In this document: positions 36,501 to 42,429 of the stretch, piece after piece
How the letters are laid out: each line of letters opens with the position of its first letter
How positions within the stretch are numbered: the stretch's first letter is position 1
Origin: a virus
Reading direction: 5' to 3' (one strand)
Length of the DNA stretch: 64,000 nucleotides
IMG/VR virus record: IMGVR_UViG_3300050821_010487
Location: 1-64,000 of that record
Notes under the pieces: model-generated
Seen by the model: only the letters and a program-made list of their open reading frames with translations
Database searches by the model: none
Told to the model about the DNA's origin: nothing
Translations under genes and position numbers: made by a program

Positions 36501-38901
36501 CAAAGGCGAGATGGCTAACACCCCGCACGATCCGGTGCACGACGACTACGCCAACAGCCGGATGCGTGGGCAGATCACCCGGGGACAGGCGCGTCGCGGC
36601 TACTACTACACCAACATCGGCGAGGACGCGGGGTCGCTGTCGGCGGTGGTCCCGTCGGCGGAACACCTGGAGCGGATCGAGCACGAGCCGAAGACGGCTT
36701 CGGCTGAGCCCCAGCTCGAAGCGCACGACTACGAGGGCACCGCCGGCGACCCGGCCCACATCACCCGGAACGAGAGCGGTCTGCTGCCGGTGGATTCGGT
36801 CCGGGACCTGCACGGCGTCAACGGCGAGCAGCCCGGCCACTCGGACTGGCACCGCACCGGGCAGGAGTGGGAGGACTTCAAGGGCGCGGTCGCCCGCGGC
36901 GAGGGCGGCGCCGGGGAGCCCATCTTCATCACGGTGGACCACGGCCAGGAGCCGAAGATCAGCGAGGGCAACCAGCGCCGCGACGCTTACGTGGAGAACG
37001 GCGCGTCTCACGTGCCGGTGGAGGTCCGCTACTTCGGGCATGCCGAGCAGCAGGGCACCGTCCACGAGCGCGCGATGCGCCGGACCGCTGCCGTGGAGCC
37101 GTTCGATGAAGAGACCGGAGAGCCCCGGCCGTGGCATAAGCGCTGGGAAGGCGAAAGCGATCGGGAGACGTCCGACCGCCGCGAGCGGTATGTCCATCAG
37201 GTCGCTGAGCGTCACGGAGTAGGAGCCGAGGTAGCCAGGCACGCGATCACCCGGGTGGCGCAGGACGTCCGCACAGGCGAGCCTTTTACCGGTGTCCGTG
37301 GCTACGGCTACACCCGAAGCCCCGGCGACATGAACGACAGCTTCTACACCGAGCGCCGGATCAAGGCCCTCAACGATCCGGAGACGTGGCGCGGCCGGAA
37401 GGTTCAGCACGTCTCTACCGATGAGGTTCATGCCTCCCAGCCATGGCTGAACCCGCCCAAACTCGCCCACAACCTGTTCCACCCTGGCAAGGACCTCCCG
37501 GCAATGGAGGGGGAGACCGGTCACCCGGACATCGACCCGGATGAATCCTGGGAGGATGCCGGAGAGGAACGCCGCCACCAAGACTCGCTAGGCGCTACCA
37601 CCCGGTTCGTGCGCCGCTCCGACGGCCGCCTCCAGGTCGGCGACGGGCACCACAGGGCCGCGATCGACATGCTGCTCGGCAAGGAGACTACCCCGGGGCT
37701 GGTGATCAACGAGCACGAGCTGGATTCACCCCCGGTACGGCTGCACGGCGAGGAGATGACCGCTCCGGAGCTGCACGCCCACATGCTGGAGCACCACGAC
37801 CGCACCCGGTCCGAGCTGCCCGAGCCCAGGGATGCCAATCACCTGGACCTGGTGGACGAGCACGACCACAGCCACGAGTTCGATGACCCGAGCCACGTCC
37901 ACGCTGTCCGCAAGACCGCTTCAGGCTCCGACGGTGATGACTACTTCACCTGCGCGAAGGGCCACGAGCACTGGGGCGAGCACGGCGCCGCTGGCCTGCT
38001 GATCCGGCACCGGGACGACGACGGCCTCTACCGGTACCTGCTGCAGAAGCGGGGCCCGGACGGCACGGGCAAGGGCCAGGTTGACCACGGCGGGAAGTGG
38101 TCGATCCCGTCGGGGGCGATCGGCGAGGGCGAGGAGCCCCTGGATGGCGCCAAGCGGGAGTACCGCGAGGAGATGGGCTCGCTGCCCCAGGGCGTCACCC
38201 ACCACCACTCGGTGACCTCGACAAATTGCGGGGACTGGCGGTTCACCACCCACGTGATGGACGCCCCGGAGCGGTTCATGCCGCGCGGCCGGGGCGAGAC
38301 CGAGGACGAGGTGGCCGGGGCCGCCTGGCACACCGCCAAAGAGGTCCAGGGCCTCAAGGACCGCGGCGAGCTGCACCCGGCGTTCGCCAAGTCCTGGGAC
38401 GAGGTCCGGCGCTCGCGCGGCCAGAAGGAAGCCGTCAAGGGCTACGACCCGGAGCCCCGCACCGGCATGATCTACCTGGACGTCCCGCCTGAGCTGATCC
38501 ACCAGGTGCCAGGCGGGGTGAACGATTCCCACATCACACTGGTGTACCTCGGCAAGGGGCTGAGCGACGAGCAGTTCGGGGAGGCGTGCCGCCGCGCGGC
38601 CAAGGCAGCGGCCGGCGCCCAGCCCATGGAGGGCGTGCTGCGGGGCGTCGAGACCTTCCCGCCGAGCGACGGCAAGACCCCGGCGTTCGTCCCGGCCTAC
38701 ATCCCCGGGATCGGGGAACTGCGCCGCGGCCTGGAGGACCTGTCGGCGAGCGAGCACAAGGACTACCGTCCGCACCTCACGCTTGGATATCTGGAGCCCG
38801 GCGACGAGATGCCGCCGCCGCACCCGCCCGTCCACCTGCGGTTCACCCACCTGCACGTGAAGCGCGGCGACCAGGTGGTAGCTTTCCCCCTGGGTGGTTA
38901 G
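33523..38901 (+). CDS. Polyvalent protein 2 (~1792 aa): ART x3, GNAT, Pol-beta-type nucleotidyltransferase, ParB-like x2, NUDIX, 2H phosphoesterase
   Basis: GTGA coupling. Motifs: RGKGIG..LL...WY.RRGF; VGGSAS...DLDV; EGNQR and DGHHR; G.....E....A.RE..EE.G; HITL...HLTL. Confidence 0.87.
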   Translation: MSRQAEAAVTEPVYGGYAHQWDDYEDPEDNEDEYDTCYHCQRNHNPHEHAGDQTFSPDWHEELPKIPSIHRSVGVVLPDELDKKVHDPATPPHEAASALMHHLTTAYPYQGHTHWSAHQGLEHAEKTFGHAHPEGYHGPSSKITRVMMHAKTPRPDDIEYDNDSLIEDEISPYRHPEYEVPLHPNAPVHLTGVSWSRPQTGRWNEGGSKWHSDPAPAVHHHMFGKPFELTAALDRAAALKRATAAIEHEPTGDGAHWFEHFDSEGNSAGHAIVHERPDHTWVQSMTVNPGERGKGIGAGLLDHVQNHFGKPLRLKPYPIGEREDDPGEEQLRDWYGRRGFTDYERREGDDLDAHDWMERHAAGEILRNPHTQGREWYHGTKASSEQLAGGFRIADSDPDPDWPAHWSTGVGVHFAAHHSMASKFADPNIGVGGKGGAADPWHSTTPSVVHARLHITNPKVYPNEDRMADDVFEHEYDHRKNYISRYLDGGDKEGDKEAPYAASDYFSYDHHPSERPSRGEDEHFDDWEDHSEWGEEQPEPVYRREQWLNLHPDQAGIAKRYRERLQSEGHDGIVYGNSAPDERVRSSKPESNMAAIAFHPHQIEITKHHVHGDEHKTAARWEPSSGVFGPTTGHDPRLFENHELRPEVRRDLMERLDRALRVDTGLVGSDWQDWTRIYLVGGSASEWAGARPNDAAQDLDVVIGVNFFEARRHQSQSDAFQNMDSDQIATAFNSALRAAFNDPDWHPGFGGTWQLTAYVNPLAWDITAIKPYAAYDVSDMKWAVHPPHLPEHSVADFHPAILAIARAVATEVRAVLRLPEPARTREARALWERIHSDRSRAFSGEGEGWEDPGNLIEKYLAYAPGNILGQIKDLVWAQTKTADLQQQVKTAVATGVWYHGTPDDRNWEHGAANGLHIGTEEAARQALNARIGKPHEGEWDGTRPYGRTLLSPAQTTGVERNLTMPRYPSGRATYSDGKQVPADARPNIFPVRVKGEMANTPHDPVHDDYANSRMRGQITRGQARRGYYYTNIGEDAGSLSAVVPSAEHLERIEHEPKTASAEPQLEAHDYEGTAGDPAHITRNESGLLPVDSVRDLHGVNGEQPGHSDWHRTGQEWEDFKGAVARGEGGAGEPIFITVDHGQEPKISEGNQRRDAYVENGASHVPVEVRYFGHAEQQGTVHERAMRRTAAVEPFDEETGEPRPWHKRWEGESDRETSDRRERYVHQVAERHGVGAEVARHAITRVAQDVRTGEPFTGVRGYGYTRSPGDMNDSFYTERRIKALNDPETWRGRKVQHVSTDEVHASQPWLNPPKLAHNLFHPGKDLPAMEGETGHPDIDPDESWEDAGEERRHQDSLGATTRFVRRSDGRLQVGDGHHRAAIDMLLGKETTPGLVINEHELDSPPVRLHGEEMTAPELHAHMLEHHDRTRSELPEPRDANHLDLVDEHDHSHEFDDPSHVHAVRKTASGSDGDDYFTCAKGHEHWGEHGAAGLLIRHRDDDGLYRYLLQKRGPDGTGKGQVDHGGKWSIPSGAIGEGEEPLDGAKREYREEMGSLPQGVTHHHSVTSTNCGDWRFTTHVMDAPERFMPRGRGETEDEVAGAAWHTAKEVQGLKDRGELHPAFAKSWDEVRRSRGQKEAVKGYDPEPRTGMIYLDVPPELIHQVPGGVNDSHITLVYLGKGLSDEQFGEACRRAAKAAAGAQPMEGVLRGVETFPPSDGKTPAFVPAYIPGIGELRRGLEDLSASEHKDYRPHLTLGYLEPGDEMPPPHPPVHLRFTHLHVKRGDQVVAFPLGG

Positions 38902-39169
38902 CAAGCAAGGCTGTATCCAGGAGGAATGGGTGGAAAAGGCCGAATACCCCCAGCGGCAGTGCCGGCAGCCGGTCACTGAGGACGGCCTGATCGACCACTT
39001 CTGCGACGGCCCCGACCTGCACCCCGGGCCCTGCGCCCCGTCCACCTCGGAGGCCGCACTGAAGCGCCGTCAGGCCTGGGAGGACGCCCATCCGGGATGG
39101 GAGAAGCTGATGAGGCCCGCCGACCCGTTCGCCGAGATAGGCGCCACCGTCCCCGAGGAGCGCAAGTGA
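38894..39169 (+). CDS. Hypothetical Cys/His protein (true start probably GTG 38930)
   Basis: AGGAGG at ~38919; coupled to the next gene. Confidence 0.6.
   Translation: MVSKQGCIQEEWVEKAEYPQRQCRQPVTEDGLIDHFCDGPDLHPGPCAPSTSEAALKRRQAWEDAHPGWEKLMRPADPFAEIGATVPEERK
38898..38916 (-). promoter_or_regulatory. 19-bp box overlapping the stop codon of polyvalent protein 2
   Basis: TTAGCAAGCAAGGCTGTAT. Confidence 0.5.
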
Positions 39170-39450
39170 CGCAGCCCAGCGAAGTGATGATCAGCCGCCT
39201 GGCCCCCGAGCCGGGCGCCCCTGCCCCCGCCGCGAGCGCGCCATCGCGCGGGCCGGAGTTCCTGATCGAGATCCTGGCCCCGTCCGACGGCGCACCGCTG
39301 CTGCGCATGTTCGAGCGCGGCGGCAGGCTGGCCGTCGAGTACGACGACAGCCGGCTGGAGGAGGGTGCCAGGGCGTTCGTCCACGAGATGATGCGCTGGT
39401 CCGGCCTGGCTGGCATCGACTGGAAGAACGAGGCTAAGGCGGCCGGGTGA
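39166..39450 (+). CDS. Hypothetical protein
   Basis: GTGA coupling; RBS GAGGAG. Confidence 0.6.
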   Translation: MTQPSEVMISRLAPEPGAPAPAASAPSRGPEFLIEILAPSDGAPLLRMFERGGRLAVEYDDSRLEEGARAFVHEMMRWSGLAGIDWKNEAKAAG

Positions 39451-39830
39451 GCGAGCCCGTCTTCGTCTGCCCGCGGTGCGCGCATTTCAGCCAGCACCCG
39501 CTGGAGGTCTACTTCCAGTGGTGCGCGGCCTGCAAGACCGTAACAGGCATCCCGCGGAAGTGTGTGCACGAGACCGAGCCTCAGCCCACGACCCCCTGGC
39601 GGGTCATCCGCGACAACCAGGACGACTGCCTGCTGGCGATCGAGCGCCGCAACCCGCTGCCGGTCAAGGCGCTCAAAGCGCTGCCGCCGTGGCGCGCGGT
39701 CATGATGGCCACGGTCGCCAACCGTGCCTGCATCTGCTTGGAGCGGGGGACCCTCGCCCAGATCCACGCCGAAGCCGCCGCGGTGGGTGGCACCGGCAAG
39801 CTCGGCGACTGGTGGGAGAGACCAGAATGA
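39447..39830 (+). CDS. Hypothetical Zn-finger protein
   Basis: CPRC...CAAC; coupled on both sides. Confidence 0.6.
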   Translation: MSEPVFVCPRCAHFSQHPLEVYFQWCAACKTVTGIPRKCVHETEPQPTTPWRVIRDNQDDCLLAIERRNPLPVKALKALPPWRAVMMATVANRACICLERGTLAQIHAEAAAVGGTGKLGDWWERPE

Positions 39831-40549
39831 AGATCGGTGTGCAGAACCTGTCCACGCTCGTCAGCGGCGAAGACGCTTACATCATGGCGATGCTGGTGGA
39901 CAAGCAGCTCCGCGAGCACGCCGCGCCTGCCTGGGGGCTGCTGCCGCCGGCGGTCGCCTATCTCGGCACCGGCATCCGGGGCACGCCCTACCAGAACGCG
40001 ATCATCGGCATTCTGGACGACGCCGACCAGGCGGGCGACCTCGGCTGGCACACCGAGGGGCCCGACGCCGACGTCTACGGCCGGGTGTTCGCCCGGCCGG
40101 TGCTCGGCAACGGCGGCAGCGCACTCGGCCCGGTGGGCCTGACGGTGTGCTCGGTGCTGAGCCACGAGTGCCTGGAGACGTTGCTCGACCCGGCGTGTGA
40201 CTTGTGGGCCCAGGCTGCCGACGGCACGCTGTACGCCCGGGAGCTGGGTGACCCGGTGGAGTCCGACTCCTACTTGATCGAGATCACGGCGTCGGATACC
40301 AGCTCGGTCATGAGCACAGTCTCGGATTTCGTGCTGCCGTCATGGTTCGACCCGGACGCCGCGTCCGGGCAGACCGACTACATGGGCCTGACCACGGCCC
40401 CGTTCGAGGTCCGGTCCACCGGATACGTGATCGTGATGCAGGACGGCGTGATCAGCTCGCAATGGGGTGACGAGTATCCCGAGTGGCGCAAGGCCACCAA
40501 GCTGACTCCCGCCGCCCGCACCGCCCGCCGCCTACAGAGAGGAAGCTAG
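39827..40549 (+). CDS. Zincin-like metallopeptidase-fold protein
   Basis: LGWH...SHECLETLLDP...ELGDPVE...VSDFVLPSWF; ATGA coupling. Confidence 0.55.
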   Translation: MKIGVQNLSTLVSGEDAYIMAMLVDKQLREHAAPAWGLLPPAVAYLGTGIRGTPYQNAIIGILDDADQAGDLGWHTEGPDADVYGRVFARPVLGNGGSALGPVGLTVCSVLSHECLETLLDPACDLWAQAADGTLYARELGDPVESDSYLIEITASDTSSVMSTVSDFVLPSWFDPDAASGQTDYMGLTTAPFEVRSTGYVIVMQDGVISSQWGDEYPEWRKATKLTPAARTARRLQRGS

Positions 40550-40551
40550 TT

Positions 40552-40659
40552 ATGCATCTCTTCGAGCAATGTGCCGGAATCTTCGCGGGGCTAGTTGTCG
40601 GCAGCGTCCTGGTCCTGTGGCTTCGCCACTTCTCCTGGTGGCCGAAGCCCCGAGGTTGA
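40552..40659 (+). CDS. 35-aa single-TM peptide (not in ORF track)
   Basis: RBS GAGAGGA; MHLFEQCAGIFAGLVVGSVLVLWLRHFSWWPKPRG. Confidence 0.55.
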   Translation: MHLFEQCAGIFAGLVVGSVLVLWLRHFSWWPKPRG

Positions 40660-40684
40660 CTAGCAAGGAAAGCTGTATTACCCT
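40656..40684 (+). promoter_or_regulatory. Promoter with 19-bp box
   Basis: TTGACT-N17-TACCCT; box CTAGCAAGGAAAGCTGTAT at 40660-40678. Confidence 0.7.
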
Positions 40685-40689
40685 TGCTC

Positions 40690-40807
40690 GTGGTGAGATT
40701 GGTCTGCGAGAGCCTCCGGCTCACCGGTTCCTTGCAAGCAGTGGCCCCGATGGTCCCTGCCGCGCCGGGTGCACCCGAGCCACAACGGGTGCACCCGGTT
40801 CGTCGTT
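40690..40807 (+). ncRNA. Predicted small RNA antisense to early-gene leaders
   Basis: Lies between a promoter and a terminator hairpin; contains GCCTCCGGCTCACCGGTTCCTTGCAAG, complementary to six - strand leaders. Confidence 0.5.
40765..40807 (+). terminator. Terminator-like hairpin
   Basis: 13-bp stem CCGGGTGCACCCG-N8-CGGGTGCACCCGG followed by TTCGTCGTT. Confidence 0.65.
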
Positions 40808-40821
40808 GAGAGGGGAGAGCG

Positions 40822-41448
40822 GTGGACAGCAAAGAAGCCAGGCTCCAGGACTTGTACCAGGGCTACGCGGAAACCGAGATCCTGCAGCAGGTCAGGCACC
40901 GGGACGGCAAGCCCAAGACCCTGGTCATGCCCAAGGGCCCTCTCGACTCCCCGCTGGCCATCGTCGGCGAGGCACCGGGCCGCGACGAGGAGCAGACCGG
41001 TGAGCCGTTCACCGGCAACGCCGGCCGGCTGCTGCAGGAGCTGTTCGCGGAGGCCATGATCCCGTGGCAGTTCTGTTACCGGGCCAACGTGCTCCCGTGG
41101 CGCCCGTCGCTCGCCAACCGCACCCCCTACCCGTTTGAGATCGACGCCTCCGTGCTCCGTGTCCAGGCTGAGATCGCGCTCGTAGGCCCGCAGATCGTGA
41201 TCGCGGCCGGGGCGGTCGCCTGGCAGGGGATCACCGCCCGGCAGATCATGCATTTCGCGGCTGCCCGCGGCCGGTGGGTCCGGAACTGGTCCCCCGGCTG
41301 GTACGCCCACTTCCAGTGTGACCTGCTCGCGATCTACCACCCGGCCGCCCTGCTGCACGCCCCGGCGACCAGGCGCAGCGAGATGCGGGCCGAGACCGTG
41401 GCCGCCCTGCGCAGCGTCCTGGCAGGCGAGCGTGTCGCAGCCGCCTGA
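40822..41448 (+). CDS. Uracil-DNA glycosylase, family-4-like
   Basis: IVGEAPG..E...GEPF.G.AG.LL, N...RP..NRTP, YHPAALL. Confidence 0.88.
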   Translation: MDSKEARLQDLYQGYAETEILQQVRHRDGKPKTLVMPKGPLDSPLAIVGEAPGRDEEQTGEPFTGNAGRLLQELFAEAMIPWQFCYRANVLPWRPSLANRTPYPFEIDASVLRVQAEIALVGPQIVIAAGAVAWQGITARQIMHFAAARGRWVRNWSPGWYAHFQCDLLAIYHPAALLHAPATRRSEMRAETVAALRSVLAGERVAAA

Positions 41449-41767
41449 GGAGGCCGGGGCCCCCGAGGTGGAGGGCCCCGACTTCAGCGACCTGCCTGAC
41501 TCGCACGCGGAGCTGTGGAAGGTGGTGCTCGACATCGAGCACCACGAGCGGCTGACGGCAGCGCTGAAAGGCCACGCGCCGGGGGAGCCGGCCCACTCCG
41601 AGGCGCTGAAGTTCATGCAGCAGCAGGGCGCGCACCTGCGGGTGCTGCTGGCGGTGATGCTTCTGGACGCCTACGGCATCGAGGCGCCCGATACCGAAGC
41701 GTCACCGTACGGGCATGCGGGGAAGGCCCGCGCTTTCGGCAGTGACCTCAAGCCCCCGCCCGCGTAA
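41432..41767 (+). CDS. Hypothetical protein
   Basis: GTG start overlapping the end of UDG; typical codon usage. Confidence 0.55.
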   Translation: MSQPPEEAGAPEVEGPDFSDLPDSHAELWKVVLDIEHHERLTAALKGHAPGEPAHSEALKFMQQQGAHLRVLLAVMLLDAYGIEAPDTEASPYGHAGKARAFGSDLKPPPA

Positions 41768-41825
41768 CGTTTGACCCGCTGGGGACCCACCGGCTCGCCC
41801 TCCCTGCCTTCTGCCACCGGAAGGT

Positions 41826-42332
41826 ATGGAGGGCGAGTCTTTGTCTACGACCACTGTCTGGGAATCTGGCCTGACGTGCGATGGCTCCGAGTGCGGGCGG
41901 GAGTTCGTGCTCGGCGAGGAGTTCATCTTCTGGTACGGGCAGAAGCTCTGCCAGCCCTGCGCCGCCAAGGACGCCGCCGGCCGCCGCGTGGCCGCCTGCG
42001 AGAGCGAGGACGTCCTGGACGTGGCCCGCCGTCACCTGGACGCCGGAGGCCGCGTGATCCTCACCAGGCGCCAGCTCCGCGAGCTGATCGCCCTGGCGTG
42101 CGCCGGCCCCTCCTTCACTCCGGTGCGCAAGCCCGACGCCGGCCATGGCCGCAAGCAGTGGTACGGCCGGCTGGCCGGGTGGGATGCGCGGCGGGTCGCC
42201 GCGGGCCTGTCCGCCGAAGAGGTGGCAGGCCTGTGGTCCGACTTCCTGGACGTCGGGCGCATGCCCCCGATCCGGCATTCCGACGTCGCGAGCCTTGTCA
42301 CGGCGATCGGTGCTCCCGCCGCCGCCGCGTAA
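41826..42332 (+). CDS. Hypothetical protein with N-terminal Zn finger
   Basis: CDGSEC...LCQPC. Confidence 0.6.
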   Translation: MEGESLSTTTVWESGLTCDGSECGREFVLGEEFIFWYGQKLCQPCAAKDAAGRRVAACESEDVLDVARRHLDAGGRVILTRRQLRELIALACAGPSFTPVRKPDAGHGRKQWYGRLAGWDARRVAAGLSAEEVAGLWSDFLDVGRMPPIRHSDVASLVTAIGAPAAAA

Positions 42333-42429
42333 CCGAGCTGTGTTCGTGACCGTCCCGTGACCGCCTGGCTTTTGCGACCTGTGACCGGGCCGCAGAAGAA
42401 ATGAGACCAGCGACACGGAGGACGGCCCG

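Noticed and set aside
27545-38901. ParB-like domains as a true partition system
   Set aside because: Only ParB/Srx-like catalytic cores embedded in polyproteins are present, with no HTH or adjacent parA. They are more likely enzymatic effector domains.
40690-40809. Short GTG-started ORF (VVRLVCESLRL...) across the predicted sRNA
   Set aside because: It has no RBS, atypical codons, and runs through the terminator hairpin. A leaderless peptide cannot be fully excluded.
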